A stretch of 64,000 nt of DNA from assembly GCF_004010195.1 (NCBI RefSeq), contig NC_057756.1, positions 715,805 to 779,804 on the forward strand. The letters are read 5' to 3'. Every line of letters begins with the position of its first letter. The stretch's first letter is position 1. Positions 13,481 to 27,342 of this stretch are shown piece after piece. Origin of the DNA: Chiloscyllium plagiosum. Lineage: Eukaryota. A program made the translations under genes and the position numbers. The notes below the pieces were generated by a model. The model saw only the letters and a list, made by a program, of their open reading frames with translations. It did not search any database and was not told the origin of the DNA.

Positions 13481-14354
13481 CCAATTTCTTGCGTTAATAT
13501 GTGCATATTGATTGAGACTCCATACTTCTCTCAGGGAAAAGAACCCAAAGATTCAAAATCGTTTTCTGAATGAATCCATTCCCATTCTCAGTCTTAAAAT
13601 ATCACCCTTGTATTGTATGCACATCAGTTCTCAACACGCTGAGATGACGTACGACTCAACTACTACTGCCATCCATGCCTAATGCCTAATTCTATTCAAT
13701 GTTAATGGTTAATGTTGGAAATATTTGATACTGTCACATGTGTACTGTATGTTTGTGTAAACGCTATTACTGAAAGTTTATCAATCTCAGTGAAAAAAAA
13801 TCGTAAACACCCTCGAGATAAAAGAAATACAAAGGGAATTAATATTCATCATTTCCCATTGTTTGTGCAATGGTTTCTAAACCTAATTTATGTTCTTTTA
13901 AAACCTGTTAGGTTTAAAAAAGGTTCTTATTTAAGGAAGGTTATCCTCGACTAATGACAGGAATTGGAGTGTTGTTTTATGAGAACTATTGTGTCAAGAT
14001 AGGCCTGCATCTGAAGTACCTTAAAACAGCAAGATGTGACTTCATGATAACATATATGGCCCTCTACAGTTTGAAATAATAGATGAAAAGATGTTGCTTT
14101 GACTCGTGAAATAACCTAGCTCTGCGTCGAGATTTTAAAAGCAAGGCATTGCCCATTTAAATCAATTAGCCCCTCAGCATGTGAGATTTTGGAGCTCCCT
14201 TCCTCAAAAGGTAATAAATGTTGTACTTTAACTTTTTTTTTAAACACAGAGAGAGACTGATTGCTGATAAGCCAGTGCCAGGAAGATTAGTAGGGAATAG
14301 GTGTAAGTTTGACAGGTTGAGGTTGTATTCCAACACTTGTCATTTTACAAATGG

Positions 14355-14662
14355 TGACACAGGGGCTCAGTGGTTAGCACTGCTGCTTCACAATGCCAGG
14401 GACCTGGGCTCGATCCCAACCTCGGGCGACGGAATGTGTGGAGTTTGCACAATCTCCCGTGTCTGTGTGGATTTTCCTCCAGATGCACCGGTTCCCTCCC
14501 ACAGTCCAAAGATGTGCAAGTTAGGTGAATTGACTATGCGAAATTGCCAACTGTGTTCTGGGATGTGTAGGTTAGGTGCATTTGTCAGGGGCAATATAGA
14601 GTAGGGGAACAGTTCTGTGTGGTATAGTCTTCAGCCTGTTTCCATGCTGTAAGGTTTCTATG
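14355..14662 (+). mobile_element. tRNA-derived V-SINE (HE1-like)
   Basis: A-box and B-box-like segments (cagtggttagcac...ggctcgatccc), followed by tgtgtggagtttgcac...cccacagtccaaagatgtgc core. Confidence 0.8.
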
Positions 14663-15305
14663 GAACGGCAGAAAAAGTGCTGAGGGGTCTTTTGTCGCAA
14701 GTAATTCATAGATTGTTTGTTTACAAGATTTAATTATAATCTAACAAACGATTGGAATGAATTTCTGAATATGCAGCAAACATATTTTTCGATTAATTTC
14801 TTCAGTGTAAGGACCATCCATCATATAGTCATTTATTTATCAAATGTCTGCAGTGAATATTTATATGTGTGCCTTTGAAATCTGGTGATCTGATTATGAT
14901 GAACACATCATTAGCAGTCGTATGCAAGCGTTGAATTCTGAAGACAAACACGTTTAATTGATAATCAGTATCCGAATCTGGGTGATTAAAAAAATATACT
15001 GAATAAGACCAAATGTATACTGTTGAATTTGCTTGCAGTAAATAACATATAAATCATCAATTCAGTTTAGGAAAAAAAAAATGCCATAGGAAAATGTTGG
15101 AAATGGGAATTACAATGATGATTCTGCAACAGCTCAGCATCATCGTTCGGATTCACACAGCAATTTCGTAATTTAGAAAGGATACCTTCCTTAAAGATAT
15201 TCGCTTGCCCCATTAGTTTGCTGCTTGATTGACTTAAAATAATAAGTAGCAAACGAATCCTAAATCAATGGATATTTAAATATAAACACTGTTTTTGTAT
15301 TTCAG

Positions 15306-15341
15306 AAAAAAACACTTGTGAAGAATCTTTGGAAGATTTAG
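15306..15341 (+). CDS. Coiled-coil micro-exon 3 (36 nt, A): EKNTCEESLEDL
   Basis: tttttgtatttcAG acceptor, TAG|GTAAAG donor. Confidence 0.9.
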   Translation, partial: KKTLVKNLWKI

Positions 15342-16029
15342 GTAAAGAGATTATTTCCTAAGTATTTCAATACCATGTACAAATTTTGTCCAATGTCAGA
15401 CTATTTTAAAAGTATTACCAACATTTTGAATGTGTTCTTTCTGCGAAATAAGATGAATTGAGACGAATTGGTTTATTGATTTGTCTGTGGTGTTTCTAAT
15501 ATTCTGGTTAACATCTTCAACTTCGATTAATCGAAATCCTTTCTGTCCATATACATAACGGTTTCACAGCCTTTTGCGTGTCATCGCTTCATTGTTTCCT
15601 CGTCCAATAACATCCCAGATTCATAATTCCAGAGCTCAAAAAAATGTACTGGAGTTAATTTTCAATCCGTGACCTACAGGCAATTGGAGATGTGGTTTTC
15701 TGATGCTCTAAGCAGCCCGCACAAATACTTCACATTATGTAATTTCTTTGTTGTCGTTGAACTGGGTTGGTTGGCAGTAGCTCTACATGACCACATGTAG
15801 CAGGTATAGTTCAAGAGTTACTTCAAGCAGAAGCAAAGTTAGATATTTCAGTAGATACATCATCACACTATACCATGTATGTGGTCAAGGAAAGATAGCA
15901 ATTATCCTTTAATGGAGTTTTACCAGCAAATCACGGGACATGGGTGCATGATGTGGTTCTTGGGGAATGAGTGAAGTTTGAGAAATTTGGAAATCTCCAA
16001 TCAATTCTAACTGACATGCCTAGAATTGG

Positions 16030-16290
16030 GTGCCTAGAGTGGTTAGCACTGTTGCCCCACAGTACCATAGACCTGAGTTTGATTCCAGTCTCGGGCAACT
16101 TTCTGTGTGGAGTTTGCACATTCTTCCCCTGTCTGCATGGGGGCTGTTCCGGCTTTCTCCTATAATCCAAAGGTGTGAAGGTCAGGTGAATTGGCCATGC
16201 GAGATACAATAGTCGGGGTCAAAAAGGGTCTGGGTGGGTAATCTTGTTGTTCCACAGGGCCTGTTTCCATACTGTATGGAATCTCATCTT
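16030..16290 (+). mobile_element. tRNA-derived V-SINE (HE1-like), diverged
   Basis: Same motifs as 14355-14662. Confidence 0.75.
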
Positions 16291-16702
16291 GAAGCATCCC
16301 AACTGCATCTTGCAGAACTCATGGAAGGTACAACGTTTGTGTAGGCACACAAGATACTTTAAGCGTGAAGATAACAAAAATTAATAAAAGTTTCAGTTAA
16401 GTTTCTCTTATATTTTCTTTTTCATTCTTCCCTGGAAGTAGTCATTGAATCTATAAGGACGTAAAAGTGCCTATGTGAATTCACATTGGTACAAGTGGCG
16501 ATTATTAATCGATATACAAGGAAAAGTGCCCAATAATTATGTAATAACCAATTATCTGTGATTCAGGAAAATTGTTTGTTTCGATCATTACATGGGAAAT
16601 CGTATATTTACATCCTATCAGGCACAAACTTTACATTTATCTCCAAAATCCGATTGAAATAGCTCTTTTTATCTTCAACTTAAATTATTTTCTCTGAAAC
16701 AG

Positions 16703-16729
16703 AGGAAAAGTTGAAAGAAAAAGACAAAG
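16703..16729 (+). CDS. Coiled-coil micro-exon 4 (27 nt, B): EEKLKEKDK
   Basis: ttttctctgaaacAG acceptor, AAG|GTACTT donor. Confidence 0.9.
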
Positions 16730-17249
16730 GTACTTGCTATTCAGAGATCGACGTTGTGAATGTTTATTATTGAATGATGTATAATGTTAAATTATTCCCT
16801 GCTTTCATCATCCACAATACATTATTGTCAATGATACAAATTCACATCTCCAAAATGAAACTCAAACTTTTTCTGATAAGGCCAGGATGTTTAATGCATT
16901 GTTTCACACATTTTGATTCAAAGTGTTGCAGCCCAGGCATGGGTCCAAGATACATTTCGACTAATCGGAAAATATAAGCTTCCAATTAACCCATTTCCCT
17001 GTAGACGTGTACCCACTGTAAATGTCTTTAAAGCTGACAGATACTTCCCGAAATCGATTTTGTAGTGCTCTTTCGTTCTTGCTTGGATAATTCCCCAGGA
17101 AATTAAATGGGAAATCATGTGGATCATCAGCTAGTTAATGATACAAATATGACCTGTTATGACAAGTTGACACCTCAATTTCGTAGTCTCAAAATCTGGA
17201 CTGCACCCCGATCAGACACATCTCCTGATCAGAATTAAGTAGCACCGAA

Positions 17250-18312
17250 CCTAGGATATAGCACAGAGAACATTTCGTGCAGTGCAGGCCCTTCTTCCTC
17301 GATGTTGCGCTGATCTGTGAAACCAACCTGAAGCCCACCTAACCTATAATATTCCATTTTCATCCATATATTTAACAATGACCATTTAAATGCCCTTAAA
17401 TTTGGCGAGTCTATTACTGTTGTGGCAGGGCATTCCATATCCCTACTTATCTCTCAATAAAGAAACTATCTCTGACATCTGTCCTATATTGATCACTCTT
17501 CAGTTTAAAGATGTGTTGCCGCGTGTTAGCCATCACCATCCGAGAAAAAAGGCTCTCACTTCCCACCTCATTTAACCCTCTGATCACCTTGTATGTCTCA
17601 AATAAGTCACATTGCATCTTTCTCTCTTGAAAACAGCCTCAAGTCTTTCACCTTTTCCTCATAAGACCATCTCTCCTTACCAGGCAACATCCTAGTATAT
17701 CTCGTCTGCACCCTTTCCAAAGTTCCTACATCATGCCTAAAATGAGACGATCAGAACTATATACAATTCTTCAAGTGCAGCCACACCAGAGTTTTGCAAA
17801 GCTGCAACATGACCTCGTGGCTCTGAAACTCAAGACCTCGAACAAAAAAGTTGATGCACAGTACACCTTCTGAACAACTCCATCAGGCTGGGTGGCAACG
17901 TTCAGGAATCTGTGAACACGGACACCATGATCTCTCTGCTCATCTACACTACCAAGAATCTTACCATTTGCCCAGTTTTATGTATTCATGTTCCTTCCAA
18001 AGTGATCACTTCACACTTTTCCGCATTGAACTCCATTTGTCACCTCTCAGCCCAGCTCTGCAGCTTATCTATGTACCTGTCTAACTTGCAACATCCTTCT
18101 GCACTATCCACAACTCCACCAAAATTAGTGTCATCTACAGATTTGCTAACCCGTCCTTCTACACCCTCATCTTGTTCATTTATGAAAATGACAAACAGCA
18201 GTGGCCCCAAAACAGATCCTTGTGGTACACTAATAAATGAAGTCCAGGATGGACATGTCTCATCAACAACCACCATCTGTCTTCTTTCAACTAGCAAATT
18301 TTTGTTCCAACC
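17250..18312 (-). mobile_element. 5'-truncated CR1-type LINE, same family as 7530-12105
   Basis: Minus ORF 'SVPQGSVLGPLLFVIFINE...SKSVDDT'; 3' end matches the 11950-12100 region. Confidence 0.85.
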
Positions 18313-18527
18313 TAAAAAGTCCTGCAGGCTTGGCAACCAGCACATTCAATTTTACCACGTGTTAGACTACCTATCAGTCACGCGAAGAATCTTCTATGAT
18401 ATCCAGAATCCATTCTAAACATTCGCCAATTAATGTTTGCAATTCATTATGAGCCAACGTCCAAACTAGGATGCCTCAGCATATTTTACCACTGCCCCAC
18501 ATCTGAAATGATGCTGCTGTTCCTTTT

Positions 18528-18764
18528 CTTAAAAATGTGTTGTGTTGCTAGAAAAGCGCTGCAGGTCAGGCAGCATCAAAGGAACAGGAGGTTCGACGTT
18601 TCGGGCATAAGCCCTTCTTCAGGAATCCTGAAGATTCCTGAAGAAGGTCTTATGCCCGAAACGTCGATTCTGCTATTCCTTTGATGCTGCCTGATCTGCT
18701 GCGCTTTTCCAGCAACATATTTTGAAACTCTGATCTCCAGCATCTGCAGTCCTCACTTTCTCCC
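18528..18764. mobile_element. Second Penelope-like terminal-repeat hairpin insertion with a 12-bp TSD
   Basis: Imperfect inverted arms of about 85 bp; gctgttcctttt at 18516-18527 and 18765-18776. Confidence 0.82.
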
Positions 18765-19009
18765 GCTGTTCCTTTTACCCACTTCTCCATGTATTCCTGT
18801 CTGTAACTGTCACCTGCTGGAATTATTTATGGTCTTTATTTTTTACAAATACATTACTTGGTGCTTCTTCATTTATAGCTGTGTGGGTGATTTGTAACCA
18901 CATGTACACAATGGAAAACATAGATTGGAACATTGACAACACAAGAAGAATTTCACCAGAAGTATCAATGGCCATTCATAATTATCGAGTAACTTTTCCT
19001 GAATTGCAG

Positions 19010-19045
19010 AGCTAACAAACTGTCAAGACGAACTGAAGAATTTTG
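19010..19045 (+). CDS. Coiled-coil micro-exon 5 (36 nt, A): ELTNCQDELKNF
   Basis: cttttcctgaattgcAG acceptor, TTG|GTGAGG donor. Confidence 0.9.
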
Positions 19046-20036
19046 GTGAGGAATTTGGCTTTCGATATTTATGGTAAAGTTTCAATCAATTCAGAATACA
19101 TCAAATTTCTGAAAATCTGAGATAATGTCTGCACATTTTATAAAACAGTCGTCAACAAATTTTTCCAGATGCCTAACATTTAAGCGAATAGTGAAAGAGA
19201 AAACAGTTTTCATTATCGCAGTGTCTTTCAAAATAAGCTGCAACAAACTATAAAACCAGTGATTTGTTACTTTTCGAAAAAAAAAATACTTGTGACAGTG
19301 AAGTAGGACATATGATAGTAAATTATTACACAAAAAAAGCTTACTCTATAGTGGTCTGGAAACTTTCCAATGATTAACTGTGGAGTGATAATAGGTGTAA
19401 ATGTTTACCATGACATTGGATATTCGTCCTCAGTTCTGCACAATGCCAACTTATCTCATTTTTTTTCTGCTTTGGGTGATAGTAGACGTGGCCGCAGTTT
19501 AATTAGGTTATCAAAAGCCACTGACCGCACCACAGAGTACTGTACTCAGAAGACATGGATCATATTTTTGGACTTGATATTGGACCTATCTCCCTTTCTT
19601 TCTCCCTCAAAGGCGGTATCAACTCCACCTGACCTACTGATGACAGAGAATATTAAATTAACTTTGAATATTGAAGTGTGTTTCATTCTCAACTGCATAC
19701 TGAAATTCACTGGCTGGTGCAGAATTCTTACTGTGTTTTGTTACTTTTTCCTTCCATTAATAAAAATGCTGGAAGCCCTATGACAATATGTTACTTTGTA
19801 CGGGCAATAGGAATTCAGACGAGGGAAAACAAGACAACATTACTTTTGTGCTTTTGCAAACAATCAATTTATATTGAGCACAACTAATGGAATAGAGTCC
19901 ACGCATAACCCAAGATGATGTATCAGGAATGTTGACACACTGTACAAGCGAGTGCTTACCATAAACTTGAGGTTAGATTTCATCAAAGTGCTAGCTAATT
20001 ACGACAAATTAATATTTTGATTTTTACTCTTTTTAG

Positions 20037-20063
20037 AAGAAAAGCTAAAAGGAAAAAGCAAAG
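20037..20063 (+). CDS. Coiled-coil micro-exon 6 (27 nt, B): EEKLKGKSK
   Basis: tttttactctttttAG acceptor, AAG|GTAGCT donor. Confidence 0.9.
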
Positions 20064-20287
20064 GTAGCTTTTCATAAAAATAAAAAAAAATCACTTTCCT
20101 GCCTTACATTTCTGTGTGTTACTTACTGCTGTGTAACATTTTCCTGGAGCATTGTGATAACCACAGAACGAACAAGATATTGAATTCTTTTGCTGCAGGT
20201 TACCTAATATAACAGAATAAGTAAAGCAAAGTTAAAGAAATATTATTGACCTGTAACTGGCATAACCCAACTTACTTACTATTCCAG

Positions 20288-20323
20288 AATTAATCGAATG
20301 TGAAGAACGTGTGGAAGAATTAG
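20288..20323 (+). CDS. Coiled-coil micro-exon 7 (36 nt, A): ELIECEERVEEL
   Basis: cttactattccAG acceptor, TAG|GTCTGG donor; follows exon 6 after a 224-nt intron. Confidence 0.88.
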
Positions 20324-21346
20324 GTCTGGAATCATTTACATAATGGCTTATTAAAATAACCACTGAGAAAGCAAGTTTGCTATGACTGTTCATTTCTGGG
20401 TTGCTTTAAACTTTAATTGTATCAGATGTATGGAATTATTTCGTCCAAAATAAGATCAAACTTTTATAGTAAATAAAATTAAATTCCTTATTGTATCAGA
20501 AAATTATATATTTCAATTCAAAGATTCTTAAATGCAAACAAAGGAATGCATACATGTATGAGGAGCAAGATGAATGTAATAGATTAGGTACATTAATTAG
20601 AGGTCATGAGTGTACCAGTGACCACTAACATTTAAGTAAATGGTGTTTATTTTGTAATAGTTGTGGATGCCTTTATAGAAGTATACAAAACCAGGAAAAA
20701 GGAACCAGTCCATGCTGATAAAAAAAGAAACCAAACAGAATTCGCAAAATTTAGTAGTCTAATCAACGAATCTTCGAAGGACTTGAATTCAGCAAATAAT
20801 TATTTGTTTACGATATTAAAGTAGAATTTGACAACTAATATTGAAGAACGTCGAAAACTATGCAAAGCAAAGAAAGTGAAGACAAATGTACACCTCTTCG
20901 AAACTGAAAAAGTTTAATTATTAATGGAAAACAAATAGATTACAGGTCTGTCTGTTAAAAAAGATGTTTTCAAAAAGGCAATCAGTTGTTTCAAGAATTG
21001 ACATGAAAGATTATTTATTAGGAGGGATATGTTGAAGCAAATTGGTCTTAATAAGAAAAATAAATGTTGGAGAAATCCATCTGCTAACTCATCAAATCTG
21101 CATCCAAGTGTATTTCAAGGGGTAGCAATGTAAATAGTGGATGTTATCGTTGTAGCCTTTCGAAATTCTGTGCATTCTGGAATTGTCCAATAGATTAGGG
21201 AGTGATAAAAGTATTCGCACTGTTAAAAAAAGAAAGGTAAAGACTGTTAAGAATAACATCACTGACACGTTCTATATTTAAAATCAGCCAACAAAGAACA
21301 GGTTCAACTAATTTATCAATATTTGTTTTAACTTTATACCTAACAG

Positions 21347-21373
21347 GAGGCAAACTGAAAGAAAACGAAAAAG
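21347..21373 (+). CDS. Coiled-coil micro-exon 8 (27 nt, B): GGKLKENEK
   Basis: ctttatacctaacAG acceptor, AAG|GTACCT donor. Confidence 0.88.
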
Positions 21374-23558
21374 GTACCTGACTTAGCCAAACATTGCATA
21401 AAAGATTTTATCAATTTTGGTGGGAAATTTTAAAAGTTATCTCCGTACTGCCAGATTGGGATTTGTCAATGTTCACAAGGAATGTGGAGTCCGTAATCAA
21501 GGTCCACTGCAGATGGAAAAAGAGAATAATAAAGCAATGGTATTGTAATAGTTATTGTAAATGTTTTGTTGGCAACTTAGAACTATGTTTGCACGTCGTG
21601 AATGACAGATCTGTTGCATTACCATGAACGTTTTTGCTTATTTTTATCTGAAGAAATTGTACATTGTCTTAGAGGTGAGGAAATAGAATTTCGCGAAATT
21701 AATCCTTGGAATATGCGTGATGGACTATGATGGGCAATTGCTCTGAGCAATATGATATTATTATATGCTTGTGGGAAGTGTGGATTAAAAATATTGATGC
21801 CTTCCCTTATGAGATAATTTAGGTATAGGATAACAAAACAAAAAATAGGAATTGCTGGAGAAACTCAGTTGGTTTGGTATAAACTGTGGAAAGAAAATGG
21901 AGTTGGGTCTCAGGTCAGCGAGCCTTCTTCAGAACACTGCCTTGTGCGATACATCAGTCATGACCTTAGTAAACTGCAAAGAATTCTGAAATGACTTTTT
22001 ATATTTTATCATGCTTGTAGATCACATAACACTCAATTAGCATGGGACGAAGTGAGAACTGTTGAATGTAACCCATTTATCTATTATTTTCTAAATCAGG
22101 TTTAGTATTTTAGGCATAATATAGTGTCACATCAAACATTTTGTAAAACAGTGATTGTGACAGATTTTCCGGAACCGAGTTCTCCTCTGTACCCTTATTT
22201 TGAACGAAGTTGTATAGATTATGTGAATAAATAAGCCAGGTATTATTTCGTAAATGTTTCGAAGATATGCCAATAACTAACAAAAAGTGTGGCAGAGAAT
22301 CATGATCAACCACTATAGGAAGTCACAATAGTATTTTGCCAATCATGCCATAAATTCTTTTTAGACAGCACTGTCTGAGTGCATTTTATCAGATGAAAGA
22401 AAAAGGATTGATTGTGTATCAAATGATAGAATGGGATCCATGCAGGGAGGAGTTTCCCAATTCTAGTGTACTGTAGGTTTTATGCTTCTTTTTTAGGTGT
22501 GCATTACGACAATAAAATGACACGGCACTAAAAAAAAATTGATGAAGCTGCCTGCTGCTTCACAGGGCATTCTTTCTGTTCTACTTAAAATGCATCACAT
22601 TCTAGAAAAATGGCTTACGAATATAGTGGTGTTATTTTCATCCACATAACATTATTCAATTTCTGCATGCATGTGTTATTTTGATCAAGCCTGAAGAAGC
22701 ACACGTTCACTTTCAAAATCAGGAGTACGATGCACACTTGTGCCCTCCATATCGTAACGTTAACCAGAATTGAATTATTGCCTGCCATTGTAATCAATGA
22801 GTACTTGAGATCAATGAATTTGGATAATTGTATACAAGTTTAATTATTCACGTAAATCATTAAACAATACTTGGGAATAAATACGGGACTCTGTCTCTGT
22901 ATGCTTGGATAAACAGCACATTGAGCTGTATACTTGATAATTATATCCATAAACTTGTCTATATCATATATAGAATACAATGCATATGCCCGCCCTACAT
23001 ACAACTTCTCAAGAATAGCGTGGACAGTGGTTTTGACATGTCTTGCAAGAGTTTGGAAGCACATGGAAATCTGTGAAGTTCTTATCTGCATATATCTTGA
23101 TAAGAGACCTCGAAATTTACGGTATACAATACCGATTTCCATACTTATTTGGTCAAATTCAATGTGAGGGCCAAACGTTGGGACAACTGCAAACAATTGA
23201 TTTAAAATTGTTAACCCATGACTGAGTAATTATCATTATAATCAAAGTTAGAATACACTACTGTCATTTATTGTGAACAGAAAACCGTAAACAGACTCTG
23301 TAGTAAGTTAGAGAGGTCAATGGACTTGCAGTTGGCAAAGCGTATCAAAAATGCATTAAAGAAACCACCAGGCAAACACACGAAAACAAACGTGTTTCAC
23401 GATGTCATGATTCCAATACATATTTTATCGAAGGATTTGACTGCTCTGTTGCCTTAGTATCAATTTCTAGTATTAATTTGAATGATTGACGATTGAAATA
23501 CCTTTGAACCAGGAAATCTGGAATTGTTGGAAAAACAACTTATCTTCATATATTACAG

Positions 23559-23594
23559 AAATAACTGAATTTAAAAAATCGTTGGAGGAATTAG
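23559..23594 (+). CDS. Coiled-coil micro-exon 9 (36 nt, A): EITEFKKSLEEL
   Basis: tcttcatatattacAG acceptor, TAG|GTGAGA donor. Confidence 0.9.
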
Positions 23595-25791
23595 GTGAGA
23601 CCAAATTATTATTGTTGTCAAATGAATGTTTGCTTTTCTTCTTAAGCTTTTTGGAATAACATTACGATTGAACAAAGTGCCTGTAAATTAATGCTAGTTA
23701 AGGAATATCCCCGGTATAGTAATACAGTTTGCTTACATCAAGGATTTCCAAAAGAGAAAAGGAAGCAAGTGCCCAAAGATACTTCTGCAGCTTCCCTGCA
23801 ATTGTTTGATTTAGAGCAACAATGGTTTACATTAGCACAGCAATTGCCCTTTCATTCATAACAGCATTTTAACTTAAAGTAACAATTAAATGTACCCTCA
23901 CAAACCACGCAGGCAAAGTACAAGTCAAATTTATTTTTTAAAAGAAATAGGTTTGCCCATTTTGACTAGTTACTCTGCAGTCACCTCTACTGGACTTCGC
24001 CCAATTCTTCATGATTGTCTTCACCTCTTAAATCTCCAAGAAGCATTTATTTTGTTAAAGGAGAATATTCTCAATTGTTGTTCTTTTATCATTATTATTG
24101 TTATTAATATTTTATTATTGCCTCTGCAATATTATTTTTTATTCATGGGTCGAGAGCATTGCTGGTCCAACCGTTACTACCAATTCTAACTGCTCTACAA
24201 CCCGCACTAGTATCGTTACTTGTACAGCAGTGGTCATCGTCCACTGCTGTACAAGGTAACGATACGAGTGCGTGTTGTAGAGCAGTTAGCACAGCTAACT
24301 GTAGAGGGATATCAATATTATTATTTGTGAGACAGTTCAGAGAGCATGTTTCTGTGACTATCAAGAAATGTGACCCTGCATCGTCTTTCATTTGATAGTT
24401 CGCAGTGGTATTCTGCAGATGGTGGCCTCCCCATGCTTCTATTGCCGTTCTACTTCTAAGTTGTAGGATTTGCAGTTTCAAGAAAGCTGTTTATCGAGAC
24501 TTGTTGTACTACATCTTGAAGATCGTACATGCTGCCACAACTGTGCATTCTGAATTCACGAGATTCATAGAAGTGTCACATACTGCGCTGTATTTTATCA
24601 AATCTCATATGTTTCTTTGTTCAGTACTTTCATATATGTGCGATGTTTCCAGCCACAGACATTAAAAAGGAAAATAAAATCACCTTTATCAACCGCTTCA
24701 TCATCCTTAAGTTATTGGCACTTTGCGCTTAATGACAGTTGTTTTTTTAATTCGATATTGGATGAGTAGGTTTTAAACTTTCTTCGCATGCCAAACTTAT
24801 TGGCCTCTTGCTATTTCCTTATATCTGATTGGAGACGATGGCGACATGTTACAAGTACAGTTGACCTCGTGTTTGGTTCTTTACCACATCATGGATGCCA
24901 TCCCAAAGGTAGCCAGTTTCCATCTCTAGTGCATCGACTCCTCTAGCCTACCTAGGTTTATTACCTTTTTAAATATTACTGATAATTGTTTTGATTATTT
25001 TAGGCCTGTTGTGTTTGGCCTTACCATTTCTGACTTCTGTCGATGGATTCTTAAATAAGAAAATTTTTGCTGCTTCAAGTACAATTGACTAATAAAACAA
25101 GTCATTCCTCAGTCACATTTGCTAATGAATACACATTTTCACTACCCAAATGTTTCCCCTGTTGTTAAATCCCTAAAGGCTTTACCTCACTCTATAGCCA
25201 TAGCAATGTCTTGAGAAATTCTGATTTGATGCATATAATTAGGACATCTTGCCTTTACTTCTGAAACATTGATGTAATTTGCTTTCACTAGCCTAGACAC
25301 AAAATGATGCTGTTGTGTTCCATAATTAATTGTCAATTTTTCCTCTCGCTGTTGTTCTTTGAAGACATTCCTTACAAACTAGCTGCTTGACCAATGACAG
25401 TTTTCTAAACATGCTTCTTGTTTTTCTACCTTGTACATGTTTCCTTAATTTAGAATGTTAATATAAATGTATTAGAAGTGTTATTTAGTAAACATTTTGA
25501 AGACAAGAAAAAATAGAACTTCAGATCGAGGGGAATGCTGTTCAGTTGTTATGCAACTGTATTAACACACCAAGTAAGATATAGTTACATTGCATTATAT
25601 GCATGAAACTTCGTAGTATCTGCACCCACCGAACTTATGCGATCATGCATGGTAATGGCAATAATGAATGTCTGTAATTGTATGAAAAGAATAGATTGTT
25701 ATATTGATGTACATGTCCTTTATCCTTTAGAAAAATATGAACACATCAAGTGAATTCACAAAACCTTGACTCTTTGTGTCATCTGTTACAG

Positions 25792-25818
25792 AAGCAAAAT
25801 TAACAGAAAAAGAGGAAG
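25792..25818 (+). CDS. Coiled-coil micro-exon 10 (27 nt, B): EAKLTEKEE
   Basis: tctttgtgtcatctgttacAG acceptor, AAG|GTATGT donor. Confidence 0.9.
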
Positions 25819-27287
25819 GTATGTTATTTAGACTTATAGAACGAAACTATTAACGCATGATTATTGCAACCCCACTTACTTTTTACCATCAAGCCAACAT
25901 GATCAGTCGCATCACACTTTAAATTTATATATATATATATATATATCAACATTTATCATCGAAAAGAGTTTTAAAGTGCAGATATTGCAGCGAAGATAGA
26001 ATTAAATAGTTGCATGTTAGATAAATGATTATAATCTGCAAATAAATTGGAAGCACAATGAGCTTAGTTTTGTTTGGATCAGAACTGAACATCACCGTTG
26101 TTGTCATGACTTGAATTGTTTTGTGTTGTTATATGATCTAATAATTTTCACTCACTGGGATATACTGATACTCGTGCCCGGCAAATAAGGTATCCACACA
26201 TCAAACGTGAAATGTTCGTCAAGTTACAGATTCATATACAGTGCCATCCTCGAAAAGCTTTGGCATCCAAAAGCAGAATTGCGGAACAAATTTGTTATAA
26301 AGTCTAACATTCACATTCATCCGTATACTTAAACATGGAAATTACTGCAAGAAGGTCTTTACCTTCATTGCTATGATAAAGGGTCCCTTGTCAGAAAATG
26401 TTAACTTGCTTTTCCTGCATAGGTGCTGACAGGCCTGCTGAATTTCTCCAGCACATTCAGTGTTCGTTTTTTAATTTCTGGCATCTGCAGTACTTTATTG
26501 GTGTTATTTTCATTTTTCTCCCAACGTTTATGATTGTATCAGCGTGAAGGAGATTTGTGACTGGCTTGAAATCTGAGAAACAGGCAGCCAGATATTTTGG
26601 CTTCCGTCTCATAGATCGATGCGAATCATCAGGACTGTACAAATCTTTCATATAAAAAACAGTTGTAACATATCAAATTCAGTGTACATCACTGCAGAAT
26701 TTTGAAAAAAAAATCCTTGCTACTCGAATCCAAGTAGACTCGCCACAAGGTAAATAATAAGCAAAATCAGGAAAAATCCAAGATTCGGACACGTATTGTT
26801 TATGTAGACCACCAGCTCTGTCCCTGAACGAAAAAAAATGGTGACTCCAGAAAATGTTTGGAGGATAATAACATTCTCCTTTTCAAATGATATTCCACTC
26901 TTTTCAAAGGAGCATTGAAGGAAACTCTTTGATTGGTAAATAGTCAACAGTATTGGTCACTTCCATTAAAATAATGACATACGGATTTGGAGAAGAAACG
27001 TAGGTAAATGAGAAATACCTATCGAGAAGCCACCAGGGAAATACGACAGGAATATCAATCAACAATTTGATCCGGATAATAGTCCTACAGGAATCCTTAA
27101 ACGGATTGTCATTAATGCCTACTCAGTTTCTAAGATATATTATTGCAAAGAGAAATCTCGTAAGAGGATGTGGTATTTATTGACGATCACCATAGTCATT
27201 ACGAGAATTTGTTGAAGACGTTGTTTATGCAAACTCCCCATATCTCACAATAGTGCATGAAATCTCGTGCAGAATCTTTTCTCCCAC

Positions 27288-27342
27288 AGATATACAAAAT
27301 TATATGCCTACTGTAAGATATACAAAATTATATGCCTACTGT
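27288..27342. repeat. Perfect local tandem duplication, period 28
   Basis: agatatacaaaattatatgcctactgt at 27288-27314 and 27316-27342. Confidence 0.9.

Noticed and set aside
23281..23302. AG...GTAAGT-bounded 22-nt segment
   Set aside because: Not a multiple of 3, no heptad similarity, and the slot is already filled by exon 9.
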